Assembly (NCBI GenBank): GCA_013239625.1
Contig: MU054049.1
Coordinates: 1,801,892-1,865,891 of the forward strand
Direction: 5' to 3'
From: Lama guanicoe
Lineage: Eukaryota
DNA: 64,000 nucleotides
The translations under genes were made by a program, and so were the position numbers. Shown here one piece after another: positions 39,030 to 52,779 of the stretch (position 1 is the first letter of the stretch; each line of letters starts with the position of its first letter). Under the pieces are notes generated by a model that saw nothing but the letters and a program-made list of their open reading frames with translations, was not told the origin of the DNA and did no database searches.

Positions 39030-39971
39030 AATGATTTGTTAATGAAAATTTATTAACTATATAACCTTTGAATACCTGAGAAACTTCAATATGTACAAAT
39101 CACCGCGAAGCTCCCAGTTCCTAAACTTTGGTTATGTGAATATGCTTCAAGCACCAAGGAACAAACCCTAACCCTAACTCAAAAAGAAAAAGAAGCCCAA
39201 GAAACAAAAGATCCTTCATGTCTCTTGAATCTGTTTGTTTTTCAAACACCATTTGGGAAATTCTCTTTTATTCTTCATTTCCTTCCATCTTGGTCAGTTT
39301 CCAAAAACAGTATCAAGAAAAATTGATCAGGGGAAAAAGGAAAGACAAACCATTACAGATAGAGGTGATGTCTCAAACGAACTATTTCTGGAAATTATTC
39401 TGTCTTAAATACAAAACTGTTTTAACCTAGGAGACTTGCGTTATGTAACATGTATGGGGGAAAAAACCCAACTCTTAATTTTCAAAAATCAAAAACTCCA
39501 ACAACACAATCATAACAAGAGCTGGGGGTGAAAGGCTCACAGGGGGATCTTGAGCAGACCCAGTTAAACAGATTCTAGAATTTCTGCTTCTTCCCTGGCA
39601 TCACTGGTATCCGCTGGCTGCAGAGGCAATGTATGTAATATACAGGCATCAAAAAAGAGCTGAAAGGCTGAGCACAACCTTTCATGAAATTTCACAAGAA
39701 ATCTGATGGGCGAAAAAAGAAAAATCAAATAATGAAGACTAAAACAGAAAAAAAAAAGGGAACAAAATATATCTGAGTCTACTTAAGTCAGGATGGAGGG
39801 GGTCTGGATGTACAAACTGACAACTGCATGTGTGTGGAAGGGACTGCATCCTTGCCTACAAATGTGGATTATATACACATTTATATTAAGTCAGTTCTTA
39901 TGTTTACACCTGACAATTCAAAAAGGATGTTTCTGCCCAGAGGTGGAAGGAGGTTCTGTTCACACGGCTCC
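39030..39971 (-). other. PARG: PARG 3' UTR (approximate end)
   Basis: Repeat-free AU-rich sequence after the stop codon. Minus-strand AATAAA at 39049-39054, with further AATAAA at 38938-38943 and 38807-38812. Confidence 0.7.
39049..39054 (-). terminator. Candidate PARG polyadenylation signal AATAAA
   Basis: tttatt on the + strand about 0.92 kb after the stop, followed on the minus strand by U/UA-rich sequence (38985-39010). Confidence 0.6.
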
Positions 39972-40217
<246 letters not shown>

Positions 40218-40822
40218 CTACAAGTGTGCTCAAATTTGGCTTTTGAAAATAGAGCACGAATTTCATGAGCCTGAAAAGTCCTTCCTGACATAAAGTTTAA
40301 AAATTTATAAAAAGCTTAAAGAAACTACTTATTAGCTCATAATTACAACAGGCTATACATAGTACATCATCTAATCATAATTTGGGAGTTTGTGGCAACT
40401 GTCATTTTCCATCCAGCTCCCCTGATAGCAAGGCCTTTCAGGGCCAGCTGAGAGACAGCAGATGGAGCACGCTGGCATCTGAAAACATGATTCAGAGTGA
40501 GGCCTCTCAGGTTTGAACTTACCCTCCAATACCTTCCCTCTTTCAGTTTTCTATATGCACAAAAGTGAAAATGGACACTGACTTCAGCTTCTTGGCCTTA
40601 ACTTAACAAGCTGACATACTTTTTCAAGACTGAGGATGAAACTTCGCCAGAAAAAAAGATTCTGCAAATGTTGCCCCTGTAAGACTCTGTCCCCGACCCC
40701 CCTACCCCAAAGTCAGACTTTTTTTTTTTTCCTTATCCACTGTGATCTATCCTGATTTAGCAAGTGCTCCTCCTGGATGTTGTACAATCCATCTAGATAC
40801 CAAGTGTCAAGACTGTCCCCTA

Positions 40823-41020
<198 letters not shown>

Positions 41021-41967
41021 TCAACCTGCTAAGTTACAGCTGGTGTGCCATAGCTTTATCCTGGATTAAAGATTTATAAACCTAATGTATATGTTATTAG
41101 AAATGGCAAATACAGGCTAAGTATAAATCATCTAGTTGTGTGAATTTCCAGACATGCTGCTGAGAGTATTAAGCCACAGAATTCCTACATAAGCACGTCT
41201 GTGGGAAAACAAATAAAGGAAGGTGTGTTTGAGGCAGCACAGTCAAGGCACCAAAGTGGTATTTTTTTCACTTATATTAATCTGGAACTAAAGTCTTTGT
41301 GTTTGCTTGCTTGATTTGATTGTTTTACCTTATTACATAGTCACTGGTTTTCTGTGTCAGAGGAGTCTCTGTGAGTTTTCTCTGATCAATGTACTTGGGA
41401 GGTTCTACTGTTCTCACTGACCCTACAGAAGCAAGCATTCTCCAAATGGGTTAGAGAAGACATCCTCACCCCTCCTGCACTCCCACCACCACCCAATCAC
41501 TACAGCAGGGAGTGAATGTTACTGAAAACACTGGACAGTAACTCTGGTGTGCTGGAATACGAAAATCATTGAGAAACACAATCCCAAGGGGTCAAAGCTA
41601 CAAATCACTGAGCCTGGAGGATATTTCCAAAAATTAAGTTCCTTTCTAATGTTCATCTCAATAGACAAAACTTATTTTAAACAACAACAAAACTGAACAT
41701 AGGTACAATAAGTGCCCTTTTGCTAGTTACATATCTTTTCCCTCATAAAAGGGAGGGTGGGGGTGGGAATCAAACTAAAACATTATGGAGGAGAAATACA
41801 GTTTTGATTTTTGACAGCATGTTAATATTCTACATATTCAAAACACAAAATTAAAACAGTAAGAACGGGAATGGGCAGGAACCTATCACTGAAAGCAAAC
41901 TAAAACAAATGAGCCCAACTTCATTTCAAAAATTTAGCACTATAGGGACAGGAAAAAAGAGAGGATG

Positions 41968-44717
41968 AAAAGTAAGAGCTAATCCAAGTAACTTATGAAC
42001 ACAATATTTGAGTAATATACCCTTAGTCTTGGGCAAGGAGGAAAAACTGCAAATAAATCTCAGACTCTTTTTACTAGATTTGTTTACCATAGTAGTACAG
42101 GTGAAGCAATTCTTAAACCATTTTAAAATCTATTTCAGGACTGAACAAATGAGTCTATCTGTTGATATTCACAACATTGTAAAATGACTACAACTCAATA
42201 AAAAAAATTGTTGATATTGTTGGCAGCTGTGGTTCTCAGTATGGAAGAGGGAATACACAAACATGGAAGGAGAAAAGACAATAACTCTGTGGGAAAGACT
42301 GAAATGGAAGGCACTAGTGTGTCCTTATGACTTCTAAAATATGTACGTGTGTGTGTGTGTGTGTGTGCATGCGCATGCATGCACATTTCTTAGTTCTGTC
42401 TGCTGAAAGGGCCAAAAAGACATCTCAGTAGCAAAGAGCACACTTAGTGCCCAGATCTTGGTCTCTAATACCATTCCCCCTAAAAGGAGCTGGGTTCCTG
42501 AGGGAAACACCTGATTTCCTGGTTGGGATAGGGTAGGTACAAGACGAACCCAGAATGTTTTGTTATACCAGAAAGTAAAGAAGTGCTCAAAAACAGATGA
42601 AGGAAAAACTGGTAGGTGCTTGTCACAAGGATATAGAAGCCAGTTCCAAGGAGCTCCCACTTGCAAATCTGGACAAGCTAAGCACTAAAATATGTACAGT
42701 AATAAATTACAAATTATCAAAAAAATATAAATTTCTGAGTCCACAATGATAATACATAACAAAAAAAATATAGAAGAGAGGAAGACAGGCTCTTGCTCAC
42801 AGGATAAAGCCAAAGACTAACTGTAAGTCTGGAGGGAGTGCTAAAACATACTAATCCACTTTTTGCAACCATCATGGTAAAGACTGGATCAGGCAAAAAT
42901 CAGTAAAGGATGCTAAACCTAAGGGAAATTTTGTCTTACACTGTCTTCCTACTTATTAACTACATGGGAGTAAAAAAAAAAAANNNNNNNNNNNNNNNNN
43001 NNNNNNNNNNNNNNNNNNNNNNNNNNNNNNNNNNNNNNNNNNNNNNNNNNNNNNNNNNNNNNNNNNNNNNNNNNNNNNNNNNNNNNNNNNNNNNNNNNNN
43101 NNNNNNNNNNNNNNNNNNNNNNNNNNNNNNNNNNNNNNNNNNNNNNNNNNNNNNNNNNNNNNNNNNNNNNNNNNNNNNNNNNNNNNNNNNNNNNNNNNNN
43201 NNNNNNNNNNNNNNNNNNNNNNNNNNNNNNNNNNNNNNNNNNNNNNNNNNNNNNNNNNNNNNNNNNNNNNNNNNNNNNNNNNNNNNNNNNNNNNNNNNNN
43301 NNNNNNNNNNNNNNNNNNNNNNNNNNNNNNNNNNNNNNNNNNNNNNNNNNNNNNNNNNNNNNNNNNNNNNNNNNNNNNNNNNNNNNNNNNNNNNNNNNNN
43401 NNNNNNNNNNNNNNNNNNNNNNNNNNNNNNNNNNNNNNNNNNNNNNNNNNNNNNNNNNNNNNNNNNNNNNNNNNNNNNNNNNNNNNNNNNNNNNNNNNNN
43501 NNNNNNNNNNNNNNNNNNNNNNNNNNNNNNNNNNNNNNNNNNNNNNNNNNNNNNNNNNNNNNNNNNNNNNNNNNNNNNNNNNNNNNNNNNNNNNNNNNNN
43601 NNNNNNNNNNNNNNNNNNNNNNNNNNNNNNNNNNNNNNNNNNNNNNNNNNNNNNNNNNNNNNNNNNNNNNNNNNNNNNNNNNNNNNNNNNNNNNNAAAAG
43701 TAAGAGCTAATCCAAGTAACTTATGAACACAATATTTGAGTAATATACCCTTAGTCTTGGGCAAGGAGGAAAAACTGCAAATAAATCTCAGACTCTTTTT
43801 ACTAGATTTGTTTACCATAGTAGTACAGGTGAAGCAATTCTTAAACCATTTTAAAATCTATTTCAGGACTGAACAAATGAGTCTATCTGTTGATATTCAC
43901 AACATTGTAAAATGACTACAACTCAATAAAAAAAATTGTTGATATTGTTGGCAGCTGTGGTTCTCAGTATGGAAGAGGGAATACGCAAACATGGAAGGAG
44001 AAAAGACAATAACTCTGTGGGAAAGACTGAAATGGAAGGCACTAGTGTGTCCTTATGACTTCTAAAATATGTACGTGTGTGTGTGTGTGTGTGTGTGTGT
44101 GCATGCACATGCATGCACATTTCTTAGTTCTGTCTGCTGAAAGGGCCAAAAAGACATCTCAGTAGCAAAGAGCACACTTAGTGCCCAGATCTTGGTCTCT
44201 AATACCATTCCCCCTAAAAGGAGCTGGGTTCCTGAGGGGAACACCTGATTCCCTGGTTGGGATAGGGTAGGTACAAGACGAACCCAGAATGTTTTGTTAT
44301 ACCAGAAAGTAAAGAAGTGCTCAAAAACAGATGAAGGAAAAACTGGTAGGTGCTTGTCACAAGGATATAGAAGCCAGTTCCAAGGAGCTCCCACTTGCAA
44401 ATCTGGACAAGCTAAGCACTAAAATATGTACAGTAATAAATTACAAATTATCAAAAAAATATAAATTTCTGAGTCCACAATGATAATACATAACAAAAAA
44501 AATATAGAAGAGAGGAAGACAGGCTCTTGCTCACAGGATAAAGCCAAAGACTAACTGTAAGTCTGGAGGGAGTGCTAAAACATACTAATCCACTTTTTGC
44601 AACCATCATGGTAAAGACTGGATCAGGCAAAAATCAGTAAAGGATGCTAAACCTAAGGGAAATTTTGTCTTACACTGTCTTCCTACTTATTAACTACATG
44701 GGAGTAAAAAAAAAAAA
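41968..44717. repeat. ~1.02 kb direct repeat flanking the gap (41968-42983 and 43696-44717)
   Basis: Both copies run from aaaagtaagagctaatcc to catgggagt(A)12. They differ by a few substitutions and (GT)10 versus (GT)13. Confidence 0.97.
42984..43695. other. Assembly gap (712 N)
   Basis: Run of n characters. Confidence 1.
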
Positions 44718-45763
44718 TAACCTACATAGTGGAAAAATCAGATAATACTTTGATTGGGTGATCAAAATTAATATCACCAATGGGGTCAGATGGCCATCAA
44801 GTACGTCTTGACACTATCACCCATGCAGTGCTCTAATCAAGAATCCATAACTTCCATCTACTTATGAGTAAATAGCAGATAAACTCAAGGTATGTTACAT
44901 TCGTCAAACATGTCAATGTCATAAAGATGAAGGCTGTAGAAAAACTCCAGATTCAAAAGGAGGCTGAAAGACATGACAACTAAATGCAATACCTGACCCT
45001 GGACCCTGGACCAGAAGGCAAAAAGGCTAGAGACGGTTTGACTAGGGCACCTGACAAAACTGGAACATAGGTAAGTAGGTAAAAATATTCTATCAGTGTA
45101 CATTTATGAATTTCATAACTGTAATGTGTTTATAAACAGAATAGGAAAAGTATACTGAAGTATTTAGGAAAAAGGGTATAATATATGTAACTGAAGAAAA
45201 AATTCAGAAAAAATTATGTGTGTAATACACATGCATATATGTATATATACATGCACACAAAGAGGTGTTTGTTTTTACTTTTTGTAACTTTTTGTGAATT
45301 TGAGATTATTTTCAAATAAAAAAATCTGTACAAGCTATGTAGGAAGGAAAAGTATTTTTAAGTTGAACGAGTAGATTTGATATAGCTGAGTATCCCCAGA
45401 TTTGGGAAAGAATCTGACATAATACATGTGAGATTCTAAAATACCAAAGCATTTCCTAATTTCCAAACTAATATTTATTGAGTATCCACAACATGTGAGG
45501 GACCATGACTAGACCTCATTAATCTCAGAGTGTTCAAAGTAAGTGATCTCAAAATAGAGGTAAGTTTTAATTAAAACCACTCAACCAACTTATGCATACA
45601 TTAAAGCTTTGGTACACTCAATTTTTTTAAAAGGTTCCTAATTGACCTAGACTACATATAAAAATGGAAACTAATGAATCATCATCTTCCTCCACCAGGA
45701 GGTATCACTTCTTATCTTTTAGTGTGAATGAAATTTGGTTTTATGTATTTCCTATTTTCAAAA

Positions 45764-45784
45764 AGAGAGAGAGAGAGAGAGAGA
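45764..45784. repeat. (AG)n microsatellite, about 10 units
   Basis: Read directly from the sequence. Confidence 0.9.
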
Positions 45785-46079
45785 CCCAAAGAAAAATCCT
45801 TTAATCCTATTTTTTCCTTACATATAGAAATACTAGATCACTGGTCATCTGCCATTCATTTATCAAAATAAAATATTAATAAAAACATGTAAAATTTATC
45901 TCCCAATAGAATTTATTTTTTAAATGCTTCACAGGCTGTTTTGTCCCTGTGGAACTGAACTTGACAGATCCTAATAAGAGAACCACTTTACATTACAATC
46001 TTGATTTCACATGCATATTTGTTGGGTACACCTGGTGACAGAAGGGTGTGTCAGACAAGCTGGGACTGGTGACGGGACA

Positions 46080-47060
46080 CCTGTGCTCAGGCCTCACTCT
46101 TCTGCTAGCTGTCTAGCTCTATGACTTTGGCCAAGTCACTCTCTTGTCTGCATTTTTCCCAGCTGTGCAATGAAGGAGTTGAATCAGATGATCCCTAAAG
46201 ACCTTTGCAGAGTGCAGAATTTCATAACCTCTGTTGTAATTTTTCTCCTTGCATTAGATATTAGAATATAAATACATAAATGAAATTTTCAGAAATATAA
46301 GTCTTGACCCTAGATACATCAATACGCACTAACAAAAGGTCATTTTATTTTAAATAGAACTGTCTTCAGACATCACTATTTACAACATTGCCAAGATCTC
46401 TGCAAATCTAGAGAATTATGTCTCATGATTTAAGTGAACACTCTTAGATGAGGACAAATCACAAATCTAATAGAGTGTGTGGACTGAGTCCAAGTATGAT
46501 ATAAAAGCATCAAATTCCAACTTCAAGCACAACTAGGTGCCAAAATAATCACTTAAATTAACCTGCAGGGAGCTTGGTTTTAATTTTCTTCTTGGCATCA
46601 ATGTTAAGCTATGATAAAATTTCGGATAAATATAAAAAAAATTCATAATGTCCTCCTGGAACAAATGAACCCAACGAAAAATGAGTCAAATTATGCTCTT
46701 GGGCACCAGTCCTGGTCTGAAGCCTAGCACTGCCACTTGCTATCCTTGTGACCTCAGGCTAGTCACCTCTATGCCCCAGTTACGTCACCTACAAAAATAA
46801 AAATACCTAACACCTAACCGGCTGTTGTGAGCTAATACATGTAAGGGAAGTGCTCAGTACAACACAGAATGCACTCAACACGTTGTCCAATAATAATAAT
46901 AACTTAAAAAAACCACATACTGGTTTCTGAGGAAGACAGGCCAAGTCTGAATGTTGGTGCTGATGTTTATTAGCTGTCTCTCTTTGGGGCGGTTTTATTA
47001 GCCTCTCTGCAAAACCTTGGTTTCCTCATCTTAAAAATGAGGCTACAAATGGAAGGGTAA
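46080..47060 (+). mobile_element. Several MIR fragments
   Basis: tgactttggccaagtcact (46120), tgtgacctcaggctagtcac (46747), ccttggtttcctcatcttaaaaatgagg (47015). Confidence 0.6.
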
Positions 47061-47779
47061 CTGCGACACTAAAGGAAAGAATGCAGTATTTCTCAAACCT
47101 GGCGGATTTGACTGGCTGGCAACTCCCAGACAGTTAAAAAAAAAAATGTCCAAAGCCACTTCCCAAATCCATTAACGCAGTGGCATCTCCGGAGTGCTGA
47201 TAACAGCCGTTCCACTCGCTCCAGACGATCGGAATGCACTACCATACAAGACCCTGTTCTCGGCCCTGGGCCCACAGAAGAGGGCAACGCAGAAATGTTA
47301 AGGAAAGAATACAGTCACTCAAGTGTGAGGGAACACGACTGAGAGAGAAATGGAGAGTGTGGTGTGTTCTGGCAGAAGGAAGCAGTGATGAGGAACCCGT
47401 GGGAGACAAAGTGAGTGACCTGGCCCATTCTTCTGTTCCTCTCTCTCCCCTTTTTTGTTCATAGTCACCCGTTTCCCGCTTCCACCACTAGACCTCCCAT
47501 GAACCCCAGCCAAAGGGACGGCTAGCCAACACAGCATGGGAGAAAGTGATTTATCAGCACTGTCCAAGTTCCAACCTTTCCCAGATTAATGGTTTTTCTG
47601 GAATTTAATTATTTTGATTCTAAATAGCAAAAAAACTAGTAAAGACGTTATTCACATTTGATATAAATGGGACATAAGGTATGAAAGAAAACAAATTTAT
47701 AAAAAGTTTCTATACTCTCAGAAAACTTTTCACTTAATATAAATATGCAATAAAAATCAACTGGAAAGCCCCTTAATCT

Positions 47780-48160
47780 CATTACGGGATGTGTCTAGTG
47801 TTTTACTGACTCCCTGGCTACAATGGTTTAGTCCAAGGGGTGGGAAAGTGACCTAAGTCGGTCCACTTAAGAGTATTTCCACAGAATTTTTAAACTAAGG
47901 AGTCGTCTTCTCCTCTAGGGTCACTCAACTGCAATACTGTAAGCCTGGAATTCTTTGGTCCCAGCAGAGATAACCAACAGCAGTAGAAGAGAACGAGGTG
48001 ATCATCTTGAGAGAGGCAGGCAGGAGAGGAACCGACAGACAAGAGGGAGCATCTGAGACAGGGCTACTCCGCCTTTCTCAGCCACACATGCCAACAGTCC
48101 CCTCTCAGTCTGAAGTAATAAGGTATGTTAGTGTCTCCTGTAACTGAAGATCCTCATACA
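47780..48160 (+). mobile_element. Old MaLR LTR (MLT1J/K/L-like)
   Basis: ccctggctacaatggtttagtccaaggggtgggaaagtgacctaagtcggtcca...taagcctgga. Confidence 0.5.
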
Positions 48161-48349
48161 GAACTTTTTTGTAGGGAGGGTGAGTGGGGACGTAGGGGGA
48201 GTGCAGGAGAGAAAGGGGGGTTTTTGTGGACTAGATGCCTTGTAATTATGGCAAGCTAGCAATGGCATAATCTTTCACAAATCAGGTAATAAGGGTATGG
48301 AGAGGTACAAAAGATAAACACGGAAGGAAGTGGGACAAGAAACTGACAA

Positions 48350-49430
48350 AAACATAATAGAAACAGCAAGGTCCTACTGCAAAGCACAGGGAACTATACT
48401 GAATAACTTGTAATAACCTATAATGAAAAAGAATATATATCTGTATAACCAAATCACTATGCTGTACACCAGAAACTAACACAATATTGTAAATCGACTT
48501 TATTTCAATTTTTTTACATGTGGGGAAAAAAACAAGAGAAGGAACTTTGGAGCATGATTCAATTCCTTCAGAAAGTAGGAAGACAAAATTAGAATATAGG
48601 GTCTGATCTAGTAGGTATAGAATCTAACAGACATGGTGCAAGTTCTACACCCTTCAGAGACGTCTTTTCAAGTGCCAACATAGTATCTATAACAACTGAC
48701 TCTGTTAGGCCACAAATGGAAACTCAAAAAACTCCAAAACATAGATATAATATTATCTATACCCTCTGATTACAATGCAATAAAATTAGAAATAAGAAAC
48801 AAGAAAAATAATTTGTTTTAAAAACCAACCATTTAGAAATGGTTTCATATTATATTTTCCTAAAAACCTCACGGGTGCCTGGTGGTACACTTAGGAGGCA
48901 GGAGCACACTCAGCGGTCTCTACTGAGATGGGATGCAACAAACAAACGAAAAACAAAGCAAAAAGTAGTGCTTCTACCCTAACAATGAGAAAAGGTCAAG
49001 TAATCTACAGAATCGTAATTTTTCCTGAGTCTACAAGAGAGCTGAGTTACAAGGCACCCGAAGTATGATGAGCCCCTGCAAGAAGAGACGAAGCTCATAC
49101 ACTATTATCTTGAAAGAACACAGGAGAAGAAGGTAGCCACCACGGAAGTGGGTGAGAATAAATCAGCTAAAATTTGAAAAGCCAAGTGAGAACTGGGGGC
49201 AGGGGGGTGGTGTCACTCTGGAATAGTTATGAGCCCCAGAAGTAAAGAGAGTTCACATTCACTCCAAAGCTGTTTTCTACTGGACTCCACAGGGTGTGCA
49301 GAAAGATAAGGGGCCAGGCAGGAGGACAGAGAGCACCCCTTTGATACCACAGGCATGCAGGAGGCTGCTGCTGGGGGACGGGCATCAAGCCCCTCTTCCC
49401 TATATCCCTTCTTTCCTACCCTCTGCCACC
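48350..49430 (+). mobile_element. Short young L1 3' end (~48355-48512) followed by older L1 fragments
   Basis: gcaaggtcctactgcaaagcacagggaactatac...ttatttcaat; ctctgattacaatgcaataaaattagaaat (EN region). Confidence 0.65.
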
Positions 49431-50109
49431 TAGGGCCACTGGTTGCCTAGGGCAGAAAGTTGTTAATCAATGCCGGTTGAATGAATGAATATATGAAAAG
49501 TATTCTCTCACTAGTTGTCACCATAACATACAATGAAAGCCACTCAAAATTAAATTGCTGTAAATTGCAAAACTCACGTACAATGCAACAAGCATGTTAA
49601 AAATAATTTGGCCTTATTTCTAATAAAAGAAATACAAGTTTAAGGATTTACATATGCCCATGTTTTCCCTCCATGAAGTTTTGTGCTTGTTTGTTTAACT
49701 AGCATTCCCTTCCTTCCTCTTTCTTAGAGGGTAGGGACGGCATCTGACGGTTCAGATGGGTCTCCACGAAAGGGCAGTAAGACCTAGGGACAGATAAAGA
49801 TGGCCAGTTGAGAAGAAGTTAACATTGGCCCTGCCTTTGCTCTCAAAGGGTTTTAGTTTATCAATGGTATATAATCTATCAATACTTTGAATTGGACCAT
49901 AGCTTCTGACTCTTCTCTGTGCACCTGCTCTATCTCCCAAATAGTGGTTCATTAGCAAACATCTATTTCTTAATGTTCTCTTCTCCTGGAGATTAATCTA
50001 GGATTTAAATGCTCCCTTGCTCATGTCTGCTATGTGGCTAATGAGAAGGTGGGCTTATAAAAGAAGGGCTTACCCAGTCCCAATGGCTGTCTTGGTTTTT
50101 TGTTTTTTT

Positions 50110-52440
50110 CCGGTATTGGAATATAATTGACATATAACATTATATTATTAGTTCCAGGTGTACAACATAATGATTAGATATTTGTATATACTGCAAAATG
50201 ATCACCACAGTAAGTCTAGTTAACATCCATCATCACACATAGCTACAAAAAAAATTTTTGTGATGAGAATTTTCAAGATTTACTCTTTTTTAAAAAAACT
50301 TTCTTTTTTTAAATGGGAGGTACTGGGGATTGAACCCAGGACCCTGTGCATGCTAAGCATGAGCTCTACCACTGAGCTATACCCTCCCCTCCTAAGATTT
50401 ACTCTTTTAGCAACTTTCAAATATATAATACAGTATTATTAGCTATAGTTACCATGCTGTACATTACAACCTCATGACTTATTCATTTTATAACTGGAAG
50501 TCTGTACCTTCTGACCCCCTTCATCTGTTTTGCCAACCCCCCGGTCCTGCACCTCTGGCAACCACTAATCTGTGTACCTATGAGCTTTTTTTAAAACTTA
50601 AGATTCCACATATAAGTGAGATCATATGGTATTTGTCTATTTCACTTATTTCACTTAGCATAATGCCTTCAAGGTCAATCCATCTTGGAACACTTTTTTG
50701 ATGAGACTTCTTTTAATTACAAAATCAATACACAGATTCAATAAAATCCCTAACAAAATGCCAAAGGCATTTTTCACAGAACTAAAATAATCCTAAAATT
50801 GGTATGGAAACACAAAAGACTCCAAAGAGCTAAAACAATCTTAAGAAAGAAGAACAAAACAAGAGGTACCATGCTCCCAAACTATACTACGTTAGTTCCT
50901 GGTACACAATATAGTGATTTGATATTTTTATATATTTCAAAACGACCACCATCACCATGGTAAGTCTAGCTATCTTCTGTCACTGTAAAAAGATATTACA
51001 TAATTATTGACAATATTCCCTATACTGTACACTTCATACCCATGACTCATTTACTTTGCAGTTGGAAGTATGTACCTCTTTTCCCTCACCTATTTCTCTC
51101 CACCTGCCTCCCACAGCCTTCTGGCAACCAACTGTTTATTCTATCACTCTGTTTCTGTTTGGTTATGTATGTTCATTTATTCATTTTACTGAAGTATAGT
51201 TGATTTACAATGTTGTGTTAGTTTCTGGTGTATATTCTTTTTCATTATAGGTTATTACAAGATATTGAATATAATTCCTTGCACAATACAGTAGAATCTT
51301 GTTGTTTATCTGTTTTTTATAAAGTAGTTTGTGTCTGCTAATCCCAAACTCTTAGTTTATCCCTCTCCCACCCCCTTTTCTCCTTTGGTAGCCATAAATT
51401 TGTTTTCTTGTGTATGAATCTTTCTGTTTTGTAAATATTTTTGTATCATATTTTAGATTCCACATATTAGTGATATCGTATGATAGTTCTGTTTTTCTCT
51501 GTCTGACTTACTTCATTTAGTATGATAATCTCTAGGTCCATCCACGTTGCTGCAAATGGCATTATTTCATTTTTTATGGCTGAGTAGTAATCCACTGTAT
51601 AAATATACCACATCGTCTTTATCTATTCATCTGTTGATTGACACTTAGATTTCTTCCATGTCTTTGCTATTGCAAATAATGCTGCTGTGAATATATAGGT
51701 CAGTTATACTTCAAAAACAATGAAACAAGCAAACAAACTCAGAGGAAAATAAGATCAAATTTGTAGCTACCAGAGGCAGGGGGTTGGGGGAGGGGGAATT
51801 AGATGAAGGCAGTCAAAAGGTACAAACTTCCAGTTATAAGATAAATAAGTACTAGAGATATAATGTACAACATGATAAAGATAACACTGCTGTACATTAT
51901 AAATGAAAATTAAGGGAGTAAATCCTCAGTTCTCATCACAAGGAAAAAAAAATTTTTTTTTCTATTTCTTTACTGGTATCTATATGAGATGGTGGATGTT
52001 CACTAAACCTATTGTGATAATCATTTCACGATGTATGTAAGTCAAATCATTATGTTGTACACCTTAAACTTACACAGTGCTGTATGTCAATTATATATCT
52101 CAATAAAACTGGAAAACAACAACAACACAATCTATGCTCACAACAGGAAAATACAGATTAAAAAGAAAATAAAGAACGTCTGTATCACTCACCTAGAGAC
52201 ACCATAGTTAATCTCTGCATATAAACAGATAAAGAGGATCTCAAATTTATGTGATGTTTTATATTCATAATTTCATTTTTAAAATGATTTATATTGCACA
52301 TACTGTGCATTTCTCCTCCTCTGGCAGCATTCAAACACGTCCTTCCATGCCAGCAGTTATACTTTTGCAACAGTTAATGCCTGTATAATATTTCATCACA
52401 TAGAGGTACCATAATTTATTTCTTTTCAAAATCAGTTTTA
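50110..52440. mobile_element. Cluster of L1 3' ends (L1MA9-like and younger) in both orientations
   Basis: Minus-strand 3' ends at ~50110, ~50890 and ~51185. Plus-strand ORF2 piece at ~50720-50890 and 3' end at ~51700-52130 (aggtacaaacttccagttataagataaataag). Confidence 0.8.
50290..50393 (-). mobile_element. tRNA-derived SINE (vic-1-like) with 15-bp TSD
   Basis: Reverse complement ggggagggtatagctcagtggtagag...gggtcctgggttcaatccccagtacctcc. TSD aagatttactctttt at 50275-50289 and 50394-50408. Confidence 0.92.
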
Positions 52441-52779
52441 GTAAACAACCCCCACTGAAAGACATTATGATTACTTCCTTTACTTTTTTAAATGATTATT
52501 CAGGCGAATGAAGGGCAGGGACTTACTTGTCAAAAAGTCACTCCAAAGTTTAAATCCTGATAATTGAGAAAATAAATTATACAATGAAAATCTTGGAATA
52601 TTACCCCTGACAGTTACCAGAGGAAGCTGCAGTCTGAGAGAAGAGGTTTTATGCCATAAAGAAAAAAACAAATTGAACACATTTATAAAGCTTCCCAAAT
52701 TGTCCATCACAAATGACCAAGGCTTATGGCAGACCTGGTTCCTGGATGGATGACATGAATCTACTCATTCATTTCACTT

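Larger units (their letters stand above)
41640..45330 (+). mobile_element. L1MC4/L1MD-like 3' UTR (part duplicated across the assembly gap)
   Basis: agtagcaaagagcacacttagtgcccagatcttggtctctaataccattcccc; 3' end ttattttcaaataaaaaa at ~45320. Confidence 0.7.

Noticed and set aside
42910..43818. Long ORFs of 266 and 289 aa in the track
   Set aside because: They consist of X residues across the N gap.
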